Notes: generated by a model from the letters alone, not told the origin. Numbered from the stretch's first letter, positions 1 through 9,196 are shown. The stretch: DNA of 64,000 nucleotides from an uncultured Bacteroidales bacterium (GCA_900315245.1 OMYJ01000003.1:32121-96120); one strand, 5' to 3'. Translations and numbers: made by a program.

Positions 1-1198
1 ACTTCTGCATCAGCAGGATATCGTGGTTGTGGAGGCCCACGCTGGGCTCGTCGAGAATGTACATCACATCGGATAGGGGAGAGTTGATGTATTTGGCGAT
101 CTTGCAGCGTTGGGCCTCGCCGCCGGAGAGGGTACCGATGGCGCGGTCGAGGGTGAGGTAGCCGAGTCCGATCTCCTCCAACGCCGCCAGCCGTTCGGTG
201 GTCGCCCGCTTGATGTCCTCCGCTAACGGATTGTCGATGGTTTCCATCCACTGACGGCAGTCGCTTATGCTCATCGCCGTCACCTCGGCGATATTGAGTC
301 CGCTCCCCTCGCCTTTAGGGGAGGGGTTGGGGGTGAGGTAAATTTTGCAGGAGCGTATCTTCTCGTTGAGGCGCGTGCCGCCGCAGTCGGGACAGGTGCC
401 CATCGTCAGCATCGGGTTGAGCACGGAGGCGTGGAGCAGACCCTCCTCCGAGTTAATGATGCTGCGGTACATACGGGGAATGAGGCCTTCGTATTTGGCG
501 GTCTTGGGCCAGTTGGAAGGCGGGTTCTTCAGCTTGATCTGCGGCGAGTTAAGGAAGAGGTCGAGTTCTTCTGGTGTGTAGTCCTTGATCTTCTTGTCGA
601 GGTCGAAGAGACCGCTGTGGGCGTAGCGTATCCACCGCCAGCCGCCTTTGCCGAAGGCGATGTAGTGGATGGTGTCCTCGTCGTTGAGCGACTTGTCGAA
701 GTCCACCAGCTTGTGGATGTCCAGCTCGCGGATCTCGCCCAGTCCGCCGCAGCGCGGACAGCTGCCCGAGGGGTGGTTGAACGAGAAGGCGTCGGAGTAG
801 CCCACGAAGGGTTGCCCGATGCGCGAGAAGAGCAGACGCAGCAGGGCGTAGATGTCGGTGTAGGTGCCGACGGTGGAACGCGAGTTGGAGGCCGGCTTGC
901 GCTGTTCGATGACGATGGCGATGGGAAGGTTCTGGATGTCGCTCACGTGCGGCCGCCCGTACTTGGGCAGGTACTGCTGCGTGAAGGAGGGGAAGGTGTC
1001 GTTGAGCTCGCGCCGCGACTTGGCCGCGATGGTGTCCAGCACCAGCGACGACTTCCCCGACCCCGACACGCCCGTCACCACTGTGATCTTCCCCTTGGGA
1101 ATCCTGACGTTGACGTGCTTGAGGTTGTTCTCCGTGGCGTCGCGGACGATGATGTGGGAGAAGTCGTTAGAGGGTTCCGTAGTATTAAAATTATCCAT
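1..1198 (-). CDS. UvrA-like ABC ATPase (excinuclease ABC subunit A paralogue), N-terminal part; the 3' end runs off the window
   Basis: Absent from the ORF track because it is open at the window edge. My minus-strand translation from ATG 1198-1196 gives MDNFNTTEPSNDFSHIIVRDATENNLKHVNVRIPKGKITVVTGVSGSGKSSLVLDTIAA (Walker A). It also has CPRCGG and CPDCGG zinc-finger pairs and an LSGGEAQR ABC signature near 120-145. Confidence 0.85.
   Translation of the reverse strand, partial: MDNFNTTEPSNDFSHIIVRDATENNLKHVNVRIPKGKITVVTGVSGSGKSSLVLDTIAAKSRRELNDTFPSFTQQYLPKYGRPHVSDIQNLPIAIVIEQRKPASNSRSTVGTYTDIYALLRLLFSRIGQPFVGYSDAFSFNHPSGSCPRCGGLGEIRELDIHKLVDFDKSLNDEDTIHYIAFGKGGWRWIRYAHSGLFDLDKKIKDYTPEELDLFLNSPQIKLKNPPSNWPKTAKYEGLIPRMYRSIINSEEGLLHASVLNPMLTMGTCPDCGGTRLNEKIRSCKIYLTPNPSPKGEGSGLNIAEVTAMSISDCRQWMETIDNPLAEDIKRATTERLAALEEIGLGYLTLDRAIGTLSGGEAQRCKIAKYINSPLSDVMYILDEPSVGLHNHDILLMQK
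299..338. repeat. ~40-nt G/C-rich palindromic element lying in frame inside the UvrA-like CDS (encodes LTPNPSPKGEGSG)
   Basis: Sequence tccgctcccctcgcctttaggggaggggttgggggtgagg, with stem CCCCTC (305-310) / GAGGGG (321-326). A related copy in the opposite orientation lies inside the hydrolase CDS at 22519-22560. Confidence 0.6.
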
Positions 1199-1314
1199 AT
1201 AGTAAACTGTTTTTCAGTTAGTTGTTTGGTGACATCTTTGGTGACATTTTGTTCTTTTACGCCAATTTGTTTTATGTTGTCAAAATCACCCAAGTGCTGT
1301 CTTTTCGATCGCCA

Positions 1315-2904
1315 TCATTGGCGAGAAACGATCCATTCGCCATTTCTGCGACCACCCTTTCGGATTAGGATACCCCTTGACTGAAGGTTTTCAATATCAC
1401 GTTTGATAGTTCTCGTCGCAACACCCGTCTTTAGTGACATTTCTGGTATTGTTACAAAAGAATCTTCAGCAATCATTCCTAATATAACATACTGTCTTTT
1501 AGTTAGTTCTTTGGTGACATTATTGGTGACATTATTGGTGACATTATTGGTGACATTATTGGTGACATCTTGTTCTTTTACGCCACCTTTTACGCCATCT
1601 TTGGTGACATTTGTGTCAACCAATAGTGTTTCTTCCAAGAATTCCGGATGGCAAGGAATGTCTATCAGGAAATATGTTCTCTCCACGTCTGTCTCGATGG
1701 TTGCTTTGGGCGATCCGTTGGCTTTCAGCTCGTCTTGAATGGTAGGGATACCCGTTCCGCGACCCTCGGTCAGATCCAGTTCTTTCAAGAATTCACCAAG
1801 CCTGCGGTTACGATAACGACGCGAGCGCAACGACATTCCCTCACGCACCGCCTCCATCGGGATAGTATGGTTGGGACCAGAGAAATTCAGAATTGATATC
1901 CTATCTGGTTCAATGGTTATCTCCACTGGTTCGCGTATAGTCCAATCTCTGTGATATAGCGAGTTCACAACAGCCTCTTCCAACGCCTGATAGGGATAGT
2001 TGTAGAACTTGTCGGAATGCTCGTCATCCTTGGGCTTCAGAATCTTCTTTTTGATGACGTTGGTGCGCAAGTAACTCAATGTTTCTTTAATCATAGTCGG
2101 CACGCTGCCCCTGATGGGTTCCACCTCTATCAAGTTGTTGGGGTTCCTCTCTCGTCCTTCGGGGAACAACACGACATCCACCTGCGCTTGTTTGAAGAAA
2201 CGGTCAGGACGCTCGGCAAACATCATCGCCGCCACATTCTTGATGCCATATCCCTCTGGAGTCGGTTCTAACAGTTCCATCTGCTCCAACACCGTCTCCA
2301 TATTGTCCGTCAGTGGCTCGTCGGCAAGGCTGCTTTTCACCTTCACGAGATAGTCGTGCAGCAACAGCGGCGAGATATCCTTCAACGTTATCTGGTCATT
2401 ACCTCGGTCGTCAAACGGTGTGCGGTTGGTCAAATCAATCAGTTCCCTCTCATATTCATCCTTGGGTACAATACTGCTGCTGTTGTAGCGGATATAATAG
2501 TTGTACATTTTTTGCTTGGCGGTAATGCAGTCTGGCACTTTGTAAGGGCGACGCTCGCCAGCAGACACCTTGATGACCAGAATGGTCTTTCCATCGGCTT
2601 CTTCGATATACAGACGTGGCTGATAGTACGGCCGCATCAGGTTGTTGTAGCCCACCATCTCCTTCTCGATGGATTCAATCTTGTCTGGGTCGATGCCGAT
2701 GACGGGACGGACAGGGCGACCGTTCACCTCTTTCACACCCACGACGATATAACCGCCACCCGTCTCGTCGAAGTCGTTGGCAAAAGCGCAGATGCTGCGG
2801 TAGATGGCATCCGGATTCCATCCCGTCTTATACTCAATGCGGTCGTTCTCCACCGCCTTCCCGCCGAGCAGTTCTTCTATGTTGATTGGTAGTTTCATGA
2901 GCAT
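1315..2904 (-). CDS. AlbA_2/Schlafen-type (divergent AAA) DNA-binding protein with HATPase_c_4-like region and C-terminal wHTH; putative transcriptional regulator
   Basis: 529-aa ORF. The N-terminus INIEELLGGKAVENDRIEYKTGWNPD...FANDFDETGGGYIVVGV is typical of this family. The C-terminus RTIKRDIENLQSRGILIRKGGRRNGEWIV is wHTH-like. Confidence 0.75.
   Translation of the reverse strand: MLMKLPINIEELLGGKAVENDRIEYKTGWNPDAIYRSICAFANDFDETGGGYIVVGVKEVNGRPVRPVIGIDPDKIESIEKEMVGYNNLMRPYYQPRLYIEEADGKTILVIKVSAGERRPYKVPDCITAKQKMYNYYIRYNSSSIVPKDEYERELIDLTNRTPFDDRGNDQITLKDISPLLLHDYLVKVKSSLADEPLTDNMETVLEQMELLEPTPEGYGIKNVAAMMFAERPDRFFKQAQVDVVLFPEGRERNPNNLIEVEPIRGSVPTMIKETLSYLRTNVIKKKILKPKDDEHSDKFYNYPYQALEEAVVNSLYHRDWTIREPVEITIEPDRISILNFSGPNHTIPMEAVREGMSLRSRRYRNRRLGEFLKELDLTEGRGTGIPTIQDELKANGSPKATIETDVERTYFLIDIPCHPEFLEETLLVDTNVTKDGVKGGVKEQDVTNNVTNNVTNNVTNNVTKELTKRQYVILGMIAEDSFVTIPEMSLKTGVATRTIKRDIENLQSRGILIRKGGRRNGEWIVSRQ
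1511..1570 (-). repeat. In-frame 12-nt tandem repeat (ttggtgacatta x5) encoding (VTNN)n in the linker of the AlbA_2 protein
   Basis: Direct reading of 1511-1570; the protein shows DVTNNVTNNVTNNVTNNVTKE. Confidence 0.9.
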
Positions 2905-2961
2905 TCAATGTTTGATGTCTTACATTCAGTTCGATCTTTTGCTGCTATCGATTTGAATCGG

Positions 2962-2969
2962 CAAAGGTA
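2962..2969 (-). promoter_or_regulatory. Bacteroidetes -7 box (TAnnTTTG; CAAAGGTA on the + strand) upstream of 1315..2904
   Basis: caaaggta lies 58 nt upstream of the ATG at 2904. It is part of a conserved module gctgctatcgatttgaatcggcaaaggtac that also occurs at 8324-8354. Confidence 0.5.
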
Positions 2970-3107
2970 CGACATTTTTTTGAAACACGGAATGGTTTGT
3001 ATAGATCTTTAAAGCTGGCATGATTGTCAAAGTACATGCGCACATCGCCGGTGCCACCAAATCTGTTCCTTTCCTCCATGATTTCAGTCATATTTTCAGA
3101 GGGAGTG

Positions 3108-3218
3108 AGATGAACACCCTCATTGGACAGTCCACCAACCTCGACGACGACCCCGTGACACCATAAACCAAAACCGCGTTTTCGGTTGTTTGATCAGTTT
3201 TTGAAAACCGTTGCTGTT
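3108..3218 (+). repeat. ~110-bp dispersed repeat carrying the tail of a degenerate ORF (..LIGQSTN..VTP*); possibly an IS/transposase end remnant
   Basis: Reverse-complement homology to 18396-18550 (ggacagtccaccaac...gtgacaccataa..ccgaaaa..gatcagtttttgaaa). Confidence 0.4.
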
Positions 3219-3275
3219 AGTGACGTTTTTTTTGTAATTTTGCAGCGTGATTTACTACAAATAACTTGATATTTT

Positions 3276-3803
3276 ATGAAAAAGATAATTGTGATTATAA
3301 CTTTATTTGCGACAGTATTGATTACTAATGCACAAGTTGTTCAAAACACCTTTATGAAATGTTCTTTTGGAATGAAAAAGGAGGTGTGTTATAATAGTCT
3401 GGTTGAGCAGGGGTATCGTGTTAATTATGATTACAAATACAATACCCTTATTGTCAATTTTCCTTCAGGGGTTTGGATAGGCGGTGAATATTTCAAGGAT
3501 GCTATCTTTTATTTTAACATAAGTAACGAGCTTTCTGGAGTTGGATATTATATCACGTATGCGAACCTATCTGATGCAATGATTAGATTCTATGACATTC
3601 AAGAAAATTTGAAAAAAACTTATAATATAAGTAAAAGTTTTATGACAATAAATGAATTAGGTGCATTAGATTCTTATAAATATGAAGACAACAATCATAA
3701 AATAGTAGAACTAACTCTGTCAAAAGAAGACAATGGCTTTCCAATTTCATTAACTTATACTAATTTTTTCTATTATTCAAAAGGGACTTCGGACAAATTC
3801 TAA
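3276..3803 (+). CDS. Hypothetical secreted protein (signal peptide MKKIIVIITLFATVLITNAQ)
   Basis: 175-aa ORF at the start of the AT-rich island. It has an N-terminal hydrophobic signal and I recognise no family. Confidence 0.5.
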   Translation: MKKIIVIITLFATVLITNAQVVQNTFMKCSFGMKKEVCYNSLVEQGYRVNYDYKYNTLIVNFPSGVWIGGEYFKDAIFYFNISNELSGVGYYITYANLSDAMIRFYDIQENLKKTYNISKSFMTINELGALDSYKYEDNNHKIVELTLSKEDNGFPISLTYTNFFYYSKGTSDKF

Positions 3804-4150
3804 AAACATTAATAGTGTCAGTTGAGAATTTTGCTTATTTACTTGTTAAAAATAAGATTAATCAGAGTGGAAAATGCTATAAAATAATCCAATTCAAGCC
3901 CCTTTTATTGCTTGTTTGCAATATCTGTTGCAAATCAAATAGCGGAATCAAGAGTTGATGCCAACAAAATCTCCTAATAATAAACATAATTCTACTTCCA
4001 GCCCATAGAAGCACAATAGAAAAAAATGAAGGTAGCATTGCTTAGGAGAAAAATAGTATTTGCAGAAATATCTTAGACACAGGATAACAGATTCTACCCG
4101 TATTAAGATGGTAAAGTAGTTTTATAAAATTATTATAAAATCATTATAAA

Positions 4151-5158
4151 ATGACCGAAATAAAAAAGCAAAGAGCCGAAAGAAATAGGACATTGACAAT
4201 TTCAGAAGAGGAAAAATCTTCTCTGGAAAAATTAATTGGAACTGTTGATGATTTGAAAAACAACTTTCAAGATAACATGATTATCAATGCTGATATATTT
4301 GATTGTTTGGACCTTATCCCTAATGAGTATTTTGATTTGATAATAATAGATCCACCATACAATCTAGACAAGGATTTCCATGGAAAGAAATTTTTTTCAA
4401 TGAAATCTGATGCATATGAAAATTATCTTAGAAGTTGGTTTTACAAGGTTTGTGATAAGTTAAAGAAAAATGGTTCTTTGTATATGTGTGGAGATTGGAA
4501 GTGTACTTCTTCAATGCAACGCGTTATAGAAGAAAAGCTGACGGTCATTAATCGGATTTCATGGCAACGAGAAAAAGGAAGAGGAGCAAAATCAAACTGG
4601 AAAAATGGAATGGAGGATATTTGGTTCGCTGTCAAAAATCATAATGATTATTATTTCAACGTCGATTCTGTTATGATGAAACGTAAGGTCATTGCTCCAT
4701 ACAAAGTTGATGGAAAGCCAAAAGATTGGGAAGAAACTGATTCTGGGAATTTCAGGATTACTTACCCTTCAAACTTTTGGGATGACATAAGCATTCCTTT
4801 TTGGTCTATGCCAGAGAATACAGATCACCCAACACAGAAGCCTGAAAAACTCTATGCGAAACTTATTCTTGCTTCTTCTAAATCAGGTGATAGAATATTC
4901 GATCCGTTCCTTGGGAGTGGTACAACTGCCGTTGTCGCAAAAAAGCTCGGAAGATTATATTGTGGTATAGAAATTAATAAAGAGTATTGTCTATGGACAA
5001 CTAAAAGACTCATTCATGCCGTATTGGATAATACAATTCAAGGTTATGCCGAAGGAGTATTTTGGGAACGCAATTCATTAGGAGACCAAAAGAAACACAC
5101 TACTAAAACAATAAAAAAATCAATTAATAAAAACGCAAATCTTTCACTTTTTGATTAA
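4151..5158 (+). CDS. Type II DNA methyltransferase, beta class (N6-adenine or N4-cytosine)
   Basis: Motif IV LIIIDPPYNL precedes motif I FDPFLGSGTTAVVAKKLGRLYCGIEINKEY. HPTQKPEKLY is also present. Confidence 0.85.
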   Translation: MTEIKKQRAERNRTLTISEEEKSSLEKLIGTVDDLKNNFQDNMIINADIFDCLDLIPNEYFDLIIIDPPYNLDKDFHGKKFFSMKSDAYENYLRSWFYKVCDKLKKNGSLYMCGDWKCTSSMQRVIEEKLTVINRISWQREKGRGAKSNWKNGMEDIWFAVKNHNDYYFNVDSVMMKRKVIAPYKVDGKPKDWEETDSGNFRITYPSNFWDDISIPFWSMPENTDHPTQKPEKLYAKLILASSKSGDRIFDPFLGSGTTAVVAKKLGRLYCGIEINKEYCLWTTKRLIHAVLDNTIQGYAEGVFWERNSLGDQKKHTTKTIKKSINKNANLSLFD

Positions 5159-5167
5159 TGGACAAAT

Positions 5168-5809
5168 ATGTTTGATTTAGAAAGTGTATCACAAGACATT
5201 CTATGTGCTTTGAATGATAATTCACAGCAAATAGCAAACAAATGTTCTCTTTCGTCACCTCGTTCTGTCGGTGATGCTGTTCAAGAATATTTAGCAGACC
5301 CTATTTTTCCAGACATTCTTTCAAGGCATGGGATAGATGTTGCGACTGAGTTTGGCCGCCGTGCAATGGAAGATATAGCATTCAAAGACTCTGACAATAA
5401 TTATTATGCTGTTGATGTCAAAACGCATAATTTAGATACAGATTTCAACATGCCAAATTTGATTTCTGTAAAAAGATTATCTACGTTCTACAAAAATGAT
5501 GATAACAATCATTTTTGCATCTTAATTGTAGCTTATCACGTTGTCGATGCTGCCATTCTTTTTGAAAATTGTCACTTTAAGCAAATTGAGTCTTTTAGCT
5601 GGGACTGTCTTACAATCGGCGCATTGGGGTGGGGACAGATTCAAATAGCAAACGCTAATAATCTTTCATTTATTATACAAACGTGTAGGAAATCATGGAT
5701 GCTAACTTTGTGCGACAAATTGTCTTCCTTTTATGATGAAGAGATTGCAAAAATAGGTGAACGCAAGGCATGGTTTTCTTCAACAAAAAGTTATTGGGAA
5801 TCTAAATAG
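5168..5809 (+). CDS. Putative type II restriction endonuclease (PD-(D/E)XK-like)
   Basis: 213-aa ORF starting 10 nt after the methyltransferase. It has a candidate catalytic core MEDIAF...YYAVDVKTH (E/D ... D-x-K). AT-rich island. Confidence 0.5.
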   Translation: MFDLESVSQDILCALNDNSQQIANKCSLSSPRSVGDAVQEYLADPIFPDILSRHGIDVATEFGRRAMEDIAFKDSDNNYYAVDVKTHNLDTDFNMPNLISVKRLSTFYKNDDNNHFCILIVAYHVVDAAILFENCHFKQIESFSWDCLTIGALGWGQIQIANANNLSFIIQTCRKSWMLTLCDKLSSFYDEEIAKIGERKAWFSSTKSYWESK

Positions 5810-5811
5810 TT

Positions 5812-6981
5812 ATGAATACAAGAGTAAAAGAATTCGTAGAATATATCATAGATCAAGCTCCAAAACACAACAAACAAATTGTTGAAGAGTCTGTTTCTGA
5901 ACATTTCAATTTGACAAAAGACAGAAAGATATATCATAATGATTACTTTGCTGTAAGATTTAGTTACTCTAAATCAAGTTCCGACTCATTTAGCAACACA
6001 GTTCTTTCGTTATCTGCGCTAGAAAAATACGACAAAATACCTTTTTTTGTGGTACTTGTTAGAAAAAATGCGGATAATCTAATTCTACTTTCCAATACAA
6101 CTTTGCTTAAAAAGATTAGTCATAGTTCTCAAGAACTCAGCATGACAAATATAAAAGGGAGTTTCAATGGGTCTGATATTATACGAATGTTTGATGGAAA
6201 AACAAACTCACCTGATAATTTTGACTTTCTATTCGCATTACATCAAGGCTTTGATTGGAAAGATAATTTATCTAGACTTGTTGATGCATCTTCGAATATC
6301 AGACCTATAAATCAGAAATTTGAACCTTCTACAAATGAAAAAAACAACATTTTTGCTTCTATCAACAGAACTATTGATTTTGTTACATCAACTAATTTTT
6401 CTGTATTGGAAAATGATTTGAATGCTAGATGTAATGAATGTCGTAATGAAATCTTAATAGCTTCTCATATTGAAAACACAAATATACGTGGGCGTTTAAT
6501 CGAAAGTTTAATCACCTGTGATGAGCAAGAACGTCAACAAATAATAACAAATCTTCACGATTTAGAAACTGCCCTTCCTTCGTATGACACTAAAAATGGT
6601 CTTGGTGATTATTGTCGCAAGTTTGAAAATTGCCATACATATACAGATATAAAAACAAAGGTAGTTTATCTAAACTCTAATCCAAAGGCATACAATATTG
6701 ATAAATTCTTAAAACAGATGGCAGACCCAAGAAGTGTTTTTTTATTCTATTTTATCGGTGTTGATGAAAACTCTATTTTTAAAACGTTGTTATGTTCTGT
6801 CTATCATGACAAATTGATAGACAACACTATACTTCAATTTCATTGGGCCGGAAGAAATACAAGAGGGGCTGCTCAATTTAACGGAACAGCAATTGATGAA
6901 ATGTTGAGAGAAGATGATTTTGAAAATCACATTAATGAAAATAAAGCAGAAAATTTTTTAACAAAGTTATTAAGACGATAA
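5812..6981 (+). CDS. Hypothetical protein of the R-M island, with a second PD-(D/E)XK-like motif
   Basis: 389-aa ORF starting 3 nt after 5168..5809. It carries GLGDYCRKFENCHTYTDIKTK (D ... D-x-K). I recognise no family. Confidence 0.4.
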   Translation: MNTRVKEFVEYIIDQAPKHNKQIVEESVSEHFNLTKDRKIYHNDYFAVRFSYSKSSSDSFSNTVLSLSALEKYDKIPFFVVLVRKNADNLILLSNTTLLKKISHSSQELSMTNIKGSFNGSDIIRMFDGKTNSPDNFDFLFALHQGFDWKDNLSRLVDASSNIRPINQKFEPSTNEKNNIFASINRTIDFVTSTNFSVLENDLNARCNECRNEILIASHIENTNIRGRLIESLITCDEQERQQIITNLHDLETALPSYDTKNGLGDYCRKFENCHTYTDIKTKVVYLNSNPKAYNIDKFLKQMADPRSVFLFYFIGVDENSIFKTLLCSVYHDKLIDNTILQFHWAGRNTRGAAQFNGTAIDEMLREDDFENHINENKAENFLTKLLRR

Positions 6982-7138
6982 CTATATAGGGCGGATTTGC
7001 CGCATTATTGTATGGATTTCCGCTCCAATTTTTTTAATGAAAAAGTTAGCTTCTGCTATCTGAACCTTTTTCTATTGATAATTTTGAAGTTCCAATCTTG
7101 AACGCGATAGGTAGGAAAAGGAAAAACTTTCATCATAA

Positions 7139-8203
7139 TCATTTCCCTGTTGTCGTTTCTCCCAACGGATTCATTTTGTGCTCCTTATAGTTCCTCACCG
7201 CCACCTCCTTGCTCGCATTCGCATAGCAATAGTCGCACAGATGCGGGCAGGTGTTGTATTCGCCGATGTCTTTGCTCAGGATGCAGCCGCAGAACTGTCG
7301 CTGGCCTTTGTCGCGGTTGTCCCTCTTCTTGAGGGCGTATTGCGTTTCGCTCAGCCGGATGGCGCTGGCGGGAACCGGCTCCGTGCCAAACAAGGAGTTT
7401 TCCACCGTCTTTATCTCCACGCCGAGGAAGTCCATCAAAGCCTTGTCGTGGTGCGCGAAACGAACCATCAGGTCGTCATCCACGCAGCGGTTGTGCTGTA
7501 TGCCGTATCGCCCGATGTCAATCTTCTCGCCGCAGGTGGCCAACTGGTAATGCCATTTCCTGTTGAGTTCCGAAAGCCTTCGGGCAAACTCCTCCATCTG
7601 TGGCTCCGTCCATTCCCGATAGTTTATGCGACTCTTTTCAAGATTGGACTTCACCTTCTTGTATGTGGCGATGTCGGAGTAGCTGAAAACGAGTTTCTCC
7701 GTGTAGCCCTGTAGTCGGTCGCCAATATTTTCCACTTTCCGGAGCAAGTCGTCCAAACCGATTTGGTCGGTCAGAATCATAGGGTCGAAACGCCAGATCA
7801 CCCGGCCTTTGCCCAACTTGTCAACCAGCCTCTTGAAAGTGTCAATCCTTCCCTCCAAAGGCGGAACGCCTTTCTCCAAACCCTCTTTCTCGTAATCGTT
7901 CAGCGTGTATTGGATATAACAGCCGATGTTTCTGTCTTTCAGCTCGTCGAGGTGCCCGAGCAGCGGATTCGGGTTCTTCGACCAAAACACGATAAAGCGG
8001 GTGCTCTTATAAGAGACGTAACTCTTGGTGCCGTTAAACGGATTGGTCCAGGCGGAATAGCCGACCATCAGCCGATGGAAGAACCAGTCGGCATAGAACG
8101 CGGGGATGTCGGTGCTGCGGCTGGAAGAGACAATTTCCGGCACCTGCATCCAAATCCGTTCACCATTTTCCTTAGGTAACCATTCTTTATTCCACGAGGC
8201 CAT
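7139..8203 (-). CDS. DUF1848 family protein
   Basis: SSSRSTDIPAFYADWFFHRL..FIVFWSKNP..VIWRFDPMILTD and the C-terminal CGCILSKDIGEYNTCPHLCDYCYAN match my recollection of DUF1848. Confidence 0.7.
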   Translation of the reverse strand: MASWNKEWLPKENGERIWMQVPEIVSSSRSTDIPAFYADWFFHRLMVGYSAWTNPFNGTKSYVSYKSTRFIVFWSKNPNPLLGHLDELKDRNIGCYIQYTLNDYEKEGLEKGVPPLEGRIDTFKRLVDKLGKGRVIWRFDPMILTDQIGLDDLLRKVENIGDRLQGYTEKLVFSYSDIATYKKVKSNLEKSRINYREWTEPQMEEFARRLSELNRKWHYQLATCGEKIDIGRYGIQHNRCVDDDLMVRFAHHDKALMDFLGVEIKTVENSLFGTEPVPASAIRLSETQYALKKRDNRDKGQRQFCGCILSKDIGEYNTCPHLCDYCYANASKEVAVRNYKEHKMNPLGETTTGK

Positions 8204-8345
8204 TGTCGGTGTTATTCAAAGGGGGGTCTTACAGACGGGAATGGTTTTACTTTTTTTTTCTCTTTTATTCTTTTTTTTTCTTTTTCTGAGTGCAAAGGTG
8301 CAAAAAAACCTTTACATACTTTTGCTGCTATAGATTTTGAATCGG

Positions 8346-8353
8346 CAAAAGTA
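8346..8353 (-). promoter_or_regulatory. -7 box (CAAAAGTA on the + strand) in the conserved module gctgctatagattttgaatcggcaaaagtac
   Basis: Lies just downstream of the DUF1905 stop and 143 nt upstream of the ATG at 8203. Confidence 0.4.
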
Positions 8354-8359
8354 CACATT

Positions 8360-8626
8360 CTATTCCCGTTCGCAAAACGTCACGTGTACCGTGTCGCCAA
8401 AACTCTTGCCAATCTGTTTGCGGATGTCTTTCCTTATTCCGATGATATGGCAGGGTGTCCCCATTTTCACAATCTGGCCGTCGTATGGCACGCCGTCGAA
8501 CGTGGCGTGGACGGACAGACGACCTTTGCCAAACATCGCTTTGATGTCGAACGGCACCTCCACGTATGCAGCATCCATGTTTTCGTTCTGCAGGATGATG
8601 GCGTCAAATCCCAAAAGTTCCGACAT
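8360..8626 (-). CDS. DUF1905 domain protein
   Basis: 88 aa: [37 protein letters not shown]...[19 protein letters not shown]. Confidence 0.7.
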   Translation of the reverse strand: MSELLGFDAIILQNENMDAAYVEVPFDIKAMFGKGRLSVHATFDGVPYDGQIVKMGTPCHIIGIRKDIRKQIGKSFGDTVHVTFCERE

Positions 8627-8659
8627 AGCAGTAAGAAGTTCGTTTTGCCCAGTTGTCGC

Positions 8660-9196
8660 TTATATGTTTTTCCCCATCTCAAACGCCTCCTGCAGCTTGG
8701 CGTTGCCGGCAATCTCGTTCGGGCCGCCCACGCCGCCGCAGAAGAGGTGGCCTTTGAGTGCGGACTTCTCGTAGCAGTCGATCCAGCCGGTGAGGCCGCC
8801 CTCGGCGCGTTTCGGCACGAACTCCTCGTTCTCGGCCGCCGTGGTCAGCAGATAGACCTCGCGGAACTTGTAGTCCTTGGGGTACATCGCGTTCATACGG
8901 TCGATGAGGGTCTTCATCTGGCCGCTCATTTCGTAGTAATAGATGGGCGTGGCCCAGCAGACCACATCGGCGTTGAGCACGCTCTCCATGATGGCCGGCA
9001 CGTCGTCCTTGATGACGCACGCGCCCGTCTTCTGGCACGACAGGCAGCCGACGCAGAACTTGATTTCCTTGCCTCTCAGCGAGACAAACTCCACATGATG
9101 CCCAGCGGCTTCCGCGCCCTTGGCAAACTGCTCCGCCATTGCGTGGCTGTTGGAGCCCGGGCGGAGACTGGTTGAGATTACGATGACTTTTTTCAT
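8660..9196 (-). CDS. Flavodoxin-like NAD(P)H-dependent FMN reductase / iron-sulfur flavoprotein
   Basis: MKKVIVISTSLRPGSNSH...CVGCLSCQKTGACVIKDD...WATPIYYYEMSGQMKTLIDR. Confidence 0.8.
   Translation of the reverse strand: MKKVIVISTSLRPGSNSHAMAEQFAKGAEAAGHHVEFVSLRGKEIKFCVGCLSCQKTGACVIKDDVPAIMESVLNADVVCWATPIYYYEMSGQMKTLIDRMNAMYPKDYKFREVYLLTTAAENEEFVPKRAEGGLTGWIDCYEKSALKGHLFCGGVGGPNEIAGNAKLQEAFEMGKNI

Noticed and set aside
431-1384. 317-aa plus-strand ORF and its nested ORFs (345..581, 864..1202)
   Set aside because: It is antisense to the clearly recognisable UvrA-like CDS (Walker A, zinc fingers, ABC signature on the minus strand), with the composition typical of shadow ORFs in GC-rich coding DNA. 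The same reasoning rejects the long antisense ORFs 14421..15656, 24713..25552, 26168..27280, 38789..39469, 39557..40357, 40760..41617, 53446..54765, 57881..58636, 63197..63922 and the many shorter ones.
8337-9175. Plus-strand ORFs 8337..8774 and 8384..9175
   Set aside because: They overlap, in antisense, the DUF1905 and flavoprotein genes, which have recognisable family motifs. They have no recognisable motifs of their own.
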